Numbered from the stretch's first letter, positions 1 to 26,843 are shown. The stretch is DNA of 64,000 bases from the human T2T-CHM13v2.0 reference genome, Homo sapiens (GCF_009914755.1 NC_060930.1); one strand, 5' to 3'. Program-made: numbers and translations. The notes: generated from the letters alone by a model not told the origin.

Positions 1-177
<177 letters not shown>

Positions 178-508
178 GTGCCAGCGTATGAGGTAATTAG
201 ATTGGTTCTCTCCAGAGGTAACCTGCCAAGAAGAGATGCTATAGATGTTACTCCTATACTGTAAAACATTGTGAAATCAGATTACTTTAAAATGATGTAT
301 TACAAAGTTATGCAAAAAAGCAGTTGTGACTATGGAAGCCCAAGGCTTATATCCCAGCTCTGTCTTACACTAAATATGGGTACAGTGTTTCCACTCTGTC
401 CATAAAATGGGAGCTAATATTCTCCAACCTGTGTGCCTGACATGATGGTTAAAGGGATTAAACAAAACAATAGTTTGTAATTTATTCTGTCAGAGCAAAC
501 TGCTGGTA

Positions 509-592
509 AATAAAAGGGACTAAGTTGACGAAAAATAAATTTTAAAAAACCTAATAAAACAAGTTTGTAATTTATAATTGTATACAAATAAA
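509..592 (+). terminator. Cluster of four AATAAA poly(A) signals; probable 3' end of the upstream + strand gene (RPL7L1 by known gene order)
   Basis: AATAAA at 509, 534, 553 and 587 in AT-rich UTR-like sequence. No coding exon of that gene is in the window, so its identity is inferred from the neighbourhood. Confidence 0.6.
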
Positions 593-997
593 AGATGTTA
601 CAAAAATTGCGCACTTATATGTATGTACCATGACATAACTAATTCGTTGAACAAGTTGTGAGACAATCCTTTCTGAGAAAAGGTAGACCTGTTACATCGT
701 CTGTGGGTTAGGGTCATGTCAGCACGTACCAGGTACATTCTAGCTTTTGTAGAGAAAGTAAAATCTAGTGTTGAGTATGTAGGCACTGAGCCAGGTGGCC
801 TGCTTAACATAAAAGGACTGATTTCAGGGTGGCTGTGGGAGCCTTTCTAATGCTCTAATTCTCTAGCCCCTTGCCTGATCCAGCTGATTCCAAGAGCCAA
901 GATTTTAGTCTTTCTTGGTTGGCTTTTTTAAATGCTTTGGGCTTTCCTTTAATGTATCTTCAAAATCATTCTGGGGCCAAGTTACATCATAAAACAT

Positions 998-1003
998 TTT
1001 ATT
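998..1003 (-). terminator. Poly(A) signal of C6orf226
   Basis: TTTATT on + (AATAAA on -), ~200 nt downstream of the stop at 1200. Confidence 0.7.
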
Positions 1004-1149
1004 ACATATAAGGACTGAAACAGGATTTTTCTTAACTGTAACATGGTCCACAAATGTAAATGCAAAACCCCCATGGTGGTTGCAGGAGCAAGTCTAGTTG
1101 AGACAGGTCAGGACGAAAGCATAAAAGATGAGTAACTGAATGGCATCCC

Positions 1150-1940
<791 letters not shown>

Positions 1941-2030
1941 GACAAAGCATAACTGTAGAGTTGTTCCCAGAGGCCTCAGGAGTGACACCGCCACCAAGCC
2001 ACGCTACTCTCTTAGTTGTTATTATTGTTT

Positions 2031-5382
<3,352 letters not shown>

Positions 5383-7367
5383 TATCCCCCTTTTTGACAA
5401 AACTGCCATCGTCGTTATGGCCCGTTCTTGCTGGTCGCTGTCTCTTCGGAGCTGGTGGATACACCTGTGGACTAACAACAGACAGAACAGGCATACAAGG
5501 ATTAATATGAAATTTACAATAGTGGAACTTCTGATGGTTTTTAACCAAGTGACAGTGTTAAGATTTGTGAGGCCATCAGTAGCTTTCACGATTGCCTCAG
5601 TTCCCAAATTTAAATGGGCTTTCGATGCCTCAAAATTTTGTTATTTTAATTTTGAAATATCTAAAGTAAGATTATCTTCTCTTCCCTGTAGATGGCATCT
5701 AACCATGTCCCAGTGATGCTCAGACTCATTATAGGCTTGGGGTGTAATACAAAAATCTGACATATTCCAGTCACACTGTAACTGAAAAAGATATTCCAAG
5801 CTCATGAGCCTATTTCCCAGCCAAATGACAGTTTGTCTAAGATCATTAATTTCGTTTGCCAATTTTTGATTTATTTGGGTCTGAGAATTCCACAATTTTG
5901 AGGAATTCTTTCGCCAATCATTTACATATTCTGCAGTTTGAACAGAGGAGTGTAAAGCAATTCCAGCAGCTGCAGCAGTAGCTGTGACTGCAATAAGGCC
6001 CATAATCACTGCAATCAAAGTAAAAATCTTTTGGATCTAGTTAGAATTCCTTTTAATACTTCCGTTAAAATATGGAAGATGGCGAAGCCTCCCACTGTCG
6101 GTCCATGGACACAGGGATCCGCACACCTTCTCTTGCCCTCACTAGCAGAATATGGCGCTGCCAATTAAAAGTCAAATCAATGCAAGTAAACAATCTACAG
6201 TTTTCACAGGTTATAGTTTGGGAATCTGGTTTAATAACTATGTTTTCTATAACTAGCATATAAGGGGGTTTTACACAACTTTGTAAAGGAATTGTCAGAT
6301 TGGAATTTAGGTTGATAGTATAATATGGCTTACGATTTCTTGTTTCTGTAGCTTGATTTCCAGACCAAATTCTAATGTAGTGCGAGGCCACAGTAAGCTT
6401 CCATAATTTTGGATGTTTAGGACCAGTAACAGGACTAACTAACTTTGGTCGAGGTGATGAAATTCCCTTTTCACCCCATTTCCAGGGATAGGGTGATTCT
6501 AGCCTTCTATAAACCTGGTCCAGCCTTTCAATTAAATCACTATCATAGGCCGGATTAATGGGCCAGATGGATGGGGCCTGTAAACATGAGTGAGTCTGGC
6601 CCATACAATTATATATAATATAATTGTATATAATATAATATAATATATAACTATTATATAATATTATAGTAGTTCCAAATTCATTGTTTTGTAATACCAC
6701 CGCAGTATTAGCCACACATTCTTCCCAAACTAAGGCTTCTGGGCTTTTTGATTCTTTGGGAATTTCCTTGGGGCAAGGCTTCCCCTTAGGCCCAGATTTT
6801 AATGATCTTTGATAAGAAGCGTCCTCTAAATTATTTATCTGTGGCCCGAGTGACATTCCACTTACCATGTGATAAGTAAATTTACTGGTGGCACTGACGG
6901 TAGGTACTTCTACCAACCAGTTTTGGGTTGTAGGCATTAAACATCCTGGTGCCTTCCCTAGGCAAATAGGAGGATAATGATACCCAGTGGAAACATTTAT
7001 CATCATTCCTTCTTCTTTAGGTTGGGCAGGGCAACAATCGTCTGTGGGGCCTGGTACCCATGCCCTATTATTAACATATACTTCAACAGGATTATCCATC
7101 CATGTGACTGCCCAAATTAAGGGTGGGAAAGGCACATAGGCACAGTAAGTATAATTAGTTGCAGCTGCTCCTGCAGACATGGGGAGACTTACTACCGTTG
7201 ATATAATAATCAAAGCTGTAAGCAGTATATTCTCTGGAGTTCACATTACCCTTGTGTTCTTTAGGCTTTTTTTAGCTAACTGTGTCAGCTTCTTTAATTG
7301 GGCCCAAGTCGGTGGCTCCGCTTCCTTGGTGGATGGCAACTTCATCTGTTCTTCTGATATCACCATT

Positions 7368-9985
7368 TTATTTACCTGGCGAGTCGATGATGCTCAATTG
7401 AGGGTTTTTTGTCTCCGCAGAGGCGCTTTTCTTCGCATCTCCAAGGGGTTCATTGTAGAACTTTAAATTTCTAGTGGGTATCCAACCAGGAAGCTGATTT
7501 TCTCCTTGTGAAACACAAGCAAAGCCTCTCTCCCATGTTATCACCTTCCCTATTTCCCATGTCTTATTTTTCTTGTCTTTCCACCAAATCAGTTTTCCTT
7601 CATGTGGGCTATTCTTTTTACCAGTAAAATGTTGTTCTGCAGAAGTAGTGGTTTGATTTCTATAAATGTTTAAAAAATTTAAAGTATAGAGTGCTAGATT
7701 AAGTTGCATCTGGGGAGTGTTATACTCCTTACTGTCTTTTTTCCTTTTTTTGTTTAACCAATTGAGCTTTGAGTGTTCTATCAGTTTTTTCAATTATGGC
7801 CTGTCCTTGGGAATTATAAGGGATTCCTGTTGTATGTGTAATTTTCCACTGATTTAAGAATTTTTGAAATGTTTTACTACAGTATCCTGGCCCATTATCC
7901 GTTTTAATTTTTTCTGGAACTCCCATGACAGCAAAACAAGATAATAAATGTCTTTTAACATGGGAAGTATTTTCTCCTGTCTGGCAGTTTGCCCTTACAA
8001 AATGTGAATAAGCATCAACTGTCACATGGAGAAATGACAATTTTCCAACTGAAGGTACATGTGTGACATCCATTTGCCATAACGCATTAGGACACAGACC
8101 TCTGGGATTAACTCCTGCCTCCTGAGTGGGCAGGTGTGGAATCTGACACTGGGTGTAATGTTGTACAATATTTTTTGCCTGTTTCCATGTGATGTCAAAT
8201 TTATTTTTTAGTCCTGTTGCATTTACATGAGTCAAGGCATGAAGTTCTTGTGCTTCCAGGAATGCAGATGATACTAGCAAGTCAACTTGTTCATTTGCTT
8301 TAGTTAAAGGCTCTGGTAAATTAGTATGTGCTCGAATATGAGTAACATAAAATGGGAAATTTCTTTTTCTTACAGTTTGTTGTAACATATTAAACAGCTG
8401 GTTTAACTGATCATCTATACTATATTTGATTAGGGCTGTCTCAACATCCTTTGTAGCCTGTACTACATATGCAGAATCTGATACAATGTTAATAGGCTGA
8501 TTAAAATCTTGTAACACTGTAATGACAGCAACCAACTCTGCTCTTTGAGCCCAGTGATATTGAGTTTCAATGAGTCGTTCTTTTGGCCTGGTGTAAGCCG
8601 CTTTTCCATTGCTGGAACCATCAGTAAACACTGTCAGAGCATTTTCTAAAGGTTTATGTCTAGTAATTTTAGGTAAAATCCAAGTAGTCAATTTTAAAAA
8701 CTGGAAGATTTTTGTTTTTGGGTAATGATTGTCAATAATTCCCACAAAATCAGCAAGACCAATCTGCCATGCACCAGAATTGATAAAGGCTTGTCTAACC
8801 TGTTCCTTGTTTAAAGGAACAATGATTTTATCTGAGTCACTTTCACACAATTTTATTATTCGTAATCTTGCCTGACCAATTAATGTAGCCATTTGATCCA
8901 AGTACAATGTAAAAGTCTTAATTGTACTATGAGGAAGGAAGAACCACTCCACAAGATCTGTATTTTGAGCAATAATGCCTGTTGGAGAATGTGCAGTAGC
9001 AAAAATCAAAAGTTGGAGTGGGGCTAAGTGATCTATTCTATTTACTTGTGCTGACCGAATTTTTTCTTCAACTAATTCAATTTCTTTAGTTGCTTCTGGA
9101 GTTAATGTTCTTTTACTATTCAATTCTGGATCCCCTCTTAAGATAGAGAACAAATTTGACATGGCATAAGTAGAGATGCCTAGAGTTGGCTGAATCCAAT
9201 TAATATCTCCTAGCAATTTTTGAAAGTCATTTAATGTTTTTAATGTGTCTTTTCTTATTTCTATTTTTTATGGTTTAATTTTCGTTTCCTCCACCTGCAT
9301 TTCCAAGTAATGGAAAGGAGTAGAGGTTTGAATCTTATCAGATGCTGTCGTCAGTCCTGCGTTTGCAACCTCTGTCTGCAGAAATGTGTAACAGTCAATT
9401 AATTTGTCTCTCCTTTCTGTAGCACACAAAATATCATCAACATAATGAATGATATAAGAGTCTGAAAACTGTCTCTAATTGGTTGAAGAGCTTGAGCTAC
9501 AAAAGTCTGGCAAATAGTTGGACCATTAAGCATTCCCTGAGGCAACACTTTCCACTGAAACCTGGTGGCTGGTTCTTTATTATTTATGGCTGGTATAGTA
9601 AAAGCAAATTTTTCAAAATCCTGTTTTGCCAGAGGAACGGTAAAAAAGCAATCCTTCAGATCAATTATAACTAAAGGCCGATCTTTGGGGATCATGACCG
9701 GAGAGAGCAACCCAGGTTGGAGAGCCCCCATGGGTTGAATTACAGCATTAACGGCTCTTAAGTCGGTCAGCACGCGCCATCTGCCGGATTTTTTCTGAAT
9801 TACAAACACAGGAGAATTCCAAGGCGAAAATGAAGGCTCAATATGTCCCTTTTCTAATTGTTCCTTTGCTAATAAGTGTAAAGCCTCCAGCTTTTGTTTT
9901 GGTAGCAGCCACTGATTCACCCATACAGGTTTTTTTGTTTTCCAAGTTAATGGAATGGGTTTTGGAGGCTCTACAGTGGCCGCTC
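7368..9985 (-). pseudogene. pol: HERV-K pol (RT, RNase H, integrase), disrupted
   Basis: DLKDCFF, LPQGM, HYVDD (9433-9444), RNase [10 protein letters not shown], integrase WQMD...KTDNG...IIE; 1-nt deletion ~9470, stop 9268, frameshift ~7740; first Cys of the integrase HHCC motif changed to Tyr. Confidence 0.96.
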
Positions 9986-10788
9986 TTAAAAAGGATACCC
10001 TATTCCTTTTCTTTTTTGAGTTTTTTCAGCCTCAATTGGGACTTTAATGCTGTCTTCATTCTTTCCTAGTCCCTTTTCAGGGAGATATCCCATTTTAGTT
10101 ATGATTTTTTGACTCGTGGGGCTGTATTGGGGGCTGGGATAGTAATCGCTGCATGCCATTGTTGTAACAAGTCTCGGCCCCATAAATTAATTGGAATAGA
10201 AGTGATCATAGGCTGAACTGTACTTTCTTGATCATCAGGTCCTAGACAATGTAAACTCATGGCACTTTGATACACTTCTGAGGCAGTGCCTACGCCGACA
10301 AGTCCTGTAACAGGCTTTTGTTTAGGCCAATTTTGGGGCCATTGATTTAAGGCAATGATAGCACCATCACCCAGTATCCACTAATCCTTCAAACTGCTTT
10401 CCCTGAATAGTGACTGCACACACGGGTCTATCCTCTGAGACCTGACTAGCCCAATAAGCGGCTTTTCCGGCAGGGTTGGTACTTCCAAACCCTCCTGTTC
10501 TTTCCGTTTTGTTTTTCCCAATTTTAATACAAGGCAAAAGCAGTAATTGTGCAATTCTATCACCTGGATTGGCACTCCAGGGAACAGTGGAGCTGATCAC
10601 TAACTGAATTTCCCCTTTATAATCTGAATCAATTACACCAGTATGAATTTGGACTCCCTTCAAATTTAGACTTGATCTCCCTAAAATAAGGCCTACCGTC
10701 CCTTCTGGCAGCGGGCCATATACCCCTGTAGGAATCTTTTGCGGGGGCTCTCCAGGGAGTAAAGAAACCATTTGAGTAGAACACAAAT

Positions 10789-13205
<2,417 letters not shown>

Positions 13206-13328
13206 TGTTACCCTGGGTTCCTCCGAGCACACAAGCTTACCGCAAGGCTGACGGTGGACGTACTCGGGAATCTCTCGTCGACTGTCCTCAATGCTCACGT
13301 TCTTAATGTACCTTCACCTTAGAGAAAG

Positions 13329-13346
13329 GCACCCACATTGGCGGCA
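13329..13346 (-). other. Degenerate tRNA-Lys primer-binding site
   Basis: TGCCGCCAATGTGGGTGC immediately 3' of the 5' LTR, versus Lys1,2 PBS TGGCGCCCAACGTGGGGC. Confidence 0.85.
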
Positions 13347-13348
13347 GA

Positions 13349-14345
13349 TGAAGGGGTGGCCTGCCCCTCCACACCTGTGGGTATCTCTCGTCAGGTGGGA
13401 CGAGAGACTAAAAAAAGAAATAAGACACAGAGACAAAGTATAGAGAAAGAACAGTGGGGCCCAGGAGACTGGCGCTCAGCATACAGAGGACCTGCACCGG
13501 CCCCCGTCTCTGAGTTCCCTCAGTATTTACTGATTATTATTTTCACTATCTCAGCAAGGGGAATGTGGCAGAACAGGGTGATAGCGGGGAGAAGGTTGGC
13601 AAGAAAACATGTGAGCAAAGGAATCTGTGTCACAAATAAGTTCAAGGGAAGGTACTATGCCTGGATGTGCACATAGGCCAGACTCATGCTTCTCTCCACC
13701 CAAACATCTCAGTGTAGTAAAGAATAACAGAGCAGTATTGCCACCAGCATATCTCACCTCCAGCCACAGGGCGGTTTTCTCCTATCTCAGAATAGAACGA
13801 ATGTACAATCGGGTTTTATACTGAGACATTCCGTTCCCAGGGGCATGCAGGAGACAGAGGCCTTCCTCTTATTTCAACTGCAAGAGGCCTTCCTCTTTTA
13901 CTAATCCTCCTCAGCACAGACCCTTCACGGGTGTTGGGCTGGGGGATGGTCAGGTCTTTCCCGTCCCACGAGGCCATACCTCAGGCTGTCTCAGTGGGGA
14001 GAAACCTTGGACAATACTGGCTTTCCTGGGCAGGGGTCCCTGTGGCTTTCTGCAGTGCATTGTGCCCCTGGTTAATCGAGAATGGAGAATGGCGATGACT
14101 TTTATCAAGCATACTGCCTGTAAACGTTTTGTTAACAAGGCACATCCTGCACAGCCCTAGATCCCTTAAACCTTGATTCCATACAACACATATTTCTGTG
14201 AGCACAAGGTTGGGGCTAAAGTTACAGATTAACAGCATCTCCAGGCAAAACAATTGTTCAGGGTACAGATCAAAATGGACTTTCTTATGTCTTCCTTTTC
14301 TATGTAGACCCAGTAACAGTCTGATCTCTCTCTCTTTTCCCTACA
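13349..14345 (-). repeat. HERV-K 5' LTR (997 bp)
   Basis: About 96% identical to 4387-5382; TATAAAA box intact at 13814-13820. Confidence 0.97.
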
Positions 14346-14356
14346 AGTTTGGCGTA

Positions 14357-14800
14357 GGCTGGGTATGGTGGCTCACGCCTGTAATCCTAGCACTTTGGGA
14401 GGCTGAGGCGGGCAGATCACCTGAGATCAGGAGTTCGAGACCAGGCTGACCAACATGGAGAAACTCCATTTCCACTAAAAATACAAAAATTGGCCGGGCA
14501 CGGTGGCTCACGCCTGTAATCCCAGCACTTTGGGAGGCCGAGGCGGGTGGATCACCTGAGATCAGGAGATCGAGACCATCCTAGCTAACACGGTGAAACC
14601 CTGTCTCTACTAAAAATACAAAAAAATTAGCCAGGCGTGGTGGCGGGCGCCTGTAGTCCCAGCTACTCGACAGGCTGAGGCAGGAGAATGGCGTGAACCT
14701 GGGAGTGGAGCTTGCAGTGAGTGGAGATTGCACCACTGCACTCCAGCCTGGGCGATAGAGTGAGACTCCATCTCAAAAAAAAAAAAAAAAAAAAAAAAAA
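14357..14800 (+). mobile_element. Trimeric Alu (extra left arm plus full Alu)
   Basis: Left monomer ~14357-14491, then a complete dimer 14492-14800 with A-tail. Confidence 0.9.
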
Positions 14801-16165
14801 TAGAATTTGGCCTTTGTCCCTGGTGCTTGGGAGGGAGACTCAATCCTTAGAATTTCTCAAGTACTAAGAGTGATATTTATGGCCCAGATAGTTTATGCTA
14901 ATTCGGTGACTCATGGTGGGCCATAAGCAGTTTCAGGATAGGAGCTGACCATATCAGAAAGACCAACTCTGTGATTAGAGATTGGGGATTCAATCCACTT
15001 GAGGTTCAGGGAGGGGAAATGGAACTGAATCTCCAGCCAGTGATTTAATCAACTATGCCTATGTAATGGAACTCTGATAAAAAAAAAAAAAAGAAAGAAA
15101 AAACTCTGAATGCAGGCTGGGAGTGGTACCTCAGGCCTGTACTGCCAGCACTTTGGGGAGGCCAAGGCAGGAGGATTGCTTGAGCCCAGGAGCTTGAGTC
15201 TCCAACCTGAACCAGAGAGCAAAATCCCGTTTCTACAAAAAAGAATAAAATTAGCCGGGTGTGGTGACATGCACCCGCAGTCCCAGCTACATGGGAGGCT
15301 GAGGTGGGAGGATCACTTGAGCCTGAGAGATAAAAGCTACAGTGAGCCGTATCATGCCACTGTGCTCCAGCCTGGACAACACAGCCAGACCCTGTCTCAA
15401 AAACAAACAAACAGGCTGGGCATGGTGGCTCACGCCTGTCATCTCAACACTTCGGGAGGCCGAAGCAGGCGGATCATGAGGTCAAGAGATCAAGACCATC
15501 CTGGCCAATGTGAAACCCCGTCTCTATTAAAAATACAAAAATTAGCTGGTTGCGGTGGCACACACCTGTAATCCCAGCTACTTGGGAGGCTGAGGCAGGA
15601 TAATCGCTTGAACCTGGGAGGTGGAGGTTGCAGTGAGCCAAGATCGTGCCACTCCAGCCTGGGTGACAGATAGAGACTCTGTCTCAAAAAAAAAAAAAAA
15701 TACAAGCAACAACAAAAAAACTTCTGGATACAGAACTCTGGAGTGCCCTGGTTGATGAACATATGGAGTGTCAGAGGGCAGAGGGCGACATAACCTGCCT
15801 GATTCCGCAGGGAGAGGGCATGGTATCTCTGCATTCAGAACCCTCTCACACTTGCCCTGCATGTCTCCCTGGCTGGTTGTGCTGATTTCTATCCTCCATA
15901 ATAAAACTGTAATCATAAGAATAGCACTTTCCTGAGTTCTGTGAGTTGTTGTAGTGACTTATTGAATCTGAGGGGGATCATGAGAAACCCCCAAATTTGT
16001 AGCCAGTCAGTCAGAAGTGTGGGTGACCTGAGAATCCCCCTGACCTTGCAGCTGACCTCTGAAGTAAAGGCAGTTTTCTTGGGGATTGTGCATTTTAACT
16101 TGCGGGGTCTGCACTAGCTCTGGATGGTGAGTGCCAGAATTGAACCGCAGTACGCCAGTTGGTAG
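14801..16165 (+). mobile_element. MER21-type (MER21C-like) solo LTR, interrupted by two Alus (~15115-15720); its 5' tip lies at ~4367-4386
   Basis: TTTGGCCTTTGTCCCTGG...AATAAAACTGTAATCATAAG...GAGTTCTGTGAGTTGTT...TTTGTAGCCAGTCAGTCAGAAG resembles the MER21 consensus as remembered. Confidence 0.7.
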
Positions 16166-17033
16166 TTAACAGAATACTACGCGATGGAAGAACTTATCAC
16201 GTCTGTGGCCTGGGTCAATTCCCCGGGCAGACTCCTTCAGTTCTTCCCCTAAGGATTTCTTCCTAACTCACCAGGTTCACTTTCTTTCCCAGATGTCCTT
16301 GGCCCTGGTTCTACTCCCAAGATCCTTGCTGGGAGGCTCTGGTTTCTTGCTATACCATTGCCTCCTTTCCTGCCAGCCAAGTGCAAGATGAAAGCATGCC
16401 TATGATGTCAAAACGGACTTGGGTGTTCTCCCAGCCACAGTAAAAGTCAAATGTCCTCGGAATTAGGGAGAGTGATGTGCATGTGGTTGGGAAGTGGGGG
16501 ATCATCTCAGTGTCATTCTTAAATCTTCTCTCACATTCTTTCATTTTGTCCACAGCACAACCCCATAAAATGATCAGGACAAGTTAGGAATTAGGGATTG
16601 ACAAGAAGGACCTCAAACATCACTGAGTCCAAACCCTCTTAGATAGCTAACCAAGTCCATGAAAGGAAGTAACAGCTGGGTTTGGAACCGAGGCCTCCTG
16701 ACTCCTGACCCAATGCTCTTCCATTAAACCAGGCTGCCTCCCCTTGATGGGGCTCAGAGGCCCCTGCCCTGTGGGCAGCCATCTAAGCTCATGCACTGCC
16801 ACAGATATGCATGCAGAAGGCAGGGAGAGAAAATAAGGAAAATTGAATAAACAGACAGAGGCAATGGTATTTCCCATCCAGGTAAATCTAGAGCCTCTCC
16901 TTGAGTCAGCCAGGGCACCAGAGGCCAAGAGGTTATTTCAGCAGGGGGTAGCAAGGCCAGGTATCAACCTCTAGGTCTAGAGATAGGTTCCAAACATCCC
17001 TAAGCTCATTTATAATTCGTCAGACATCTTTCA

Positions 17034-17912
<879 letters not shown>

Positions 17913-18379
17913 TCATTGTAAAGGTTGCCGAGATTCAGTGCTAAGTAAATGCTTAGCCCTCCAAGTCTCTTATGCTAAAGTAAGGGCATTGCTGGGAAAG
18001 GTCTGGGAGCCTGAGATGAGATGGAGACATTTAGGCAGACATGAATAAGACTGAGAACTTTGAAACCCCAAATTCCCTTGAAATTCTCATGTCTGTAGAG
18101 ATAAGCTCCTCTAATACTGCTCCCTCCTCCCAAAACATCAGCCTCAGAACCCTCCCTGCCCCCATCCCTCTTGGGCCCCAGGCCCTTCATGAGTTAGGTC
18201 CCAGCACAGCCCATGGAGAAGCACAAGGTCACGCTGAGAGGGGGACGCCGGGCTGAGTTACAGGCCTGGCCAGCTTGTCTTGGCAGAAGCTGCAGGAGCA
18301 TGTGTGGGAGTGTGTGCTGAGGGAGCTAGACCAAGGTGGGGGGATGGAAGCCTTGGTTTGTCCAAACTCGTTGCCGTGG

Positions 18380-21747
<3,368 letters not shown>

Positions 21748-22479
21748 TAATTTTATTTTTCACATCCTACGTGGCTCGTCTCAGCTTTCCATGGGCCCTC
21801 GGTTTTCCACCGGTACATAAGAAAAAATGGAGGGGAGGTATCAATTAGCGTGAGCACCTGCCATGCCCCAGGCACGCAGATGGGCGCCCCTATTTCATTT
21901 CTCTGCCCCGGCAGCCTTGTGAATGAGCTTTGGAAGAGACAGCCCTGTAAACACATCCCTCTGCTGAACTGCCGCCTCCAGCTGGCTCCACCACTGGCCT
22001 GCTAGGGTATCTTCGCCGTTTCAACTTAGTTTTTCTGGGCCCGTTTCCTTAGCCGGTAACACCTGGTGGGATGGTTGTGAGGATTAAATTAGATATCTGG
22101 GAACGAGTCCTGGCCAGCGAATGATAGGTTCGCCCAAGTCCAGTTAAAAGGCCGTCCGCCCAGGGCAAGGCGTCTTCAGGGCCAGCAAGACTATGGGGTC
22201 CGAGGGAGACTCGGGGATCTCAGCAAGAGGAGACCAATGTGAGGAGCAGGCAAGGAACGCTTCCAGGCTGCGGTGGCCAGGGACGCCTGAGCCCCGCGGG
22301 AGCCGGAGCGGACAGGCGGAAGGGTCAGCTACTGCAGATAGAGGCGGCTGGCTCGGGGGCGGGGGTGGAGGGGGTCTTCCTCCTTCCGGTTCTTGGGAAG
22401 ATCCTGCAATCTGAAAGAGGCAGGAGAGCTCTTTCCCCATCTGTAATGTGGTAACCGAGCCCGAGCCAGCTCCTCCCTG

Positions 22480-22630
22480 GGCTGGAGGGTGGGAGAGTCG
22501 TTAGGGACACCTGCCCCGCTCCCTCCCCCTCCCGGGGGGGAACCCACCGCGACGGCGCGCACCTGGGCGCGGGCTGTGCCTGGGAACGCGCGGGGACCGC
22601 GGCCTCCAGGCAGCCCTGGGAAAGCAAGGG
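22480..22630. promoter_or_regulatory. PTCRA upstream T-cell enhancer core within a CpG-rich block (~22150-22740)
   Basis: Myb-like GTCGTTA 22497; E-boxes CACCTG 22508 and 22560; C-rich Sp/KLF tract; CSL/RBPJ-like CCTGGGAA 22579 and 22615; ~4.2 kb upstream of the ATG. Confidence 0.7.
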
Positions 22631-22730
22631 CCGGGAGCGCAGCCCTGGAGGCAGAGTGTTCCCTCAGGACCGTCAGGAGAGCGCCATCCACAGGATTATT
22701 AAAATAGCCATCCAGACGGAAATCGAGTGA

Positions 22731-26280
<3,550 letters not shown>

Positions 26281-26669
26281 GGGTATCTTTTTGCCTATAA
26301 TAAAGCCAGCCATCTAAAAACAGTTCAAGCCCTGGCTCTGGTACCTGTCAGCTGTGTGGCCCTGGGCGGGTCCCTCACTCTCTGTGAGCCTCAGTTGCCT
26401 CACCTGTGAAATGTAACTCAGTGGTTGAGTGGATCAAGTGAAGGGCTGTATGTCAAGCCCCTGTCAAGCCACCTGGTGCTCCGTGTCCTGTGGATGGTAG
26501 CTGCCCTGAAGCGGGACTTTGCAGACTGAAGTGCTGTCTCTTCAGAGGGAGTGCAGGTGTCCGGCTCCTGGTGTGGGAGAGGCACCCTGTGCTCCCTGGC
26601 CCGTGAGACAAGATTGGGTTTGGGGGCCAGGGCAGGAGTAGGGGCCCGTCACCAGGGGAAACGGCTCGT

Positions 26670-26785
26670 GGTAGAGCAGCTGAGGTGCAGCTGGGCCTGT
26701 GGCCTAGAAGGCAGTCTTGTGGGTGCCTCCTCCCCCAGCCGCAACTCAGGTCTGCAGCTGGGTCCTGCCTCCTTCCGAGTGGGCC
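26670..26785 (+). promoter_or_regulatory. PTCRA promoter/5' UTR with E-boxes
   Basis: CAGCTG at 26677, 26688 and 26755 just upstream of the ATG. Confidence 0.65.
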
Positions 26786-26843
26786 ATGGCCGGTACATGG
26801 CTGCTACTTCTCCTGGCCCTTGGGTGTCCAGCCCTACCCACAG
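26786..26843 (+). CDS. PTCRA: PTCRA exon 1 (signal peptide)
   Basis: GCC ATG G; MAGTWLLLLLALGCPALPT; donor CAG|GTGAGC; 58 nt, phase 1. Confidence 0.95.

Noticed and set aside
6065-7213. 382-aa env SU ORF as a functional envelope protein
   Set aside because: Signal peptide has two stops, frameshifts precede the TM, and the listed start is TTG
7729-9216. 495-aa pol ORF as an active RNase H/integrase
   Set aside because: Cut off from RT by a frameshift and stop; HHCC Cys is Tyr; C-terminal domain frameshifted
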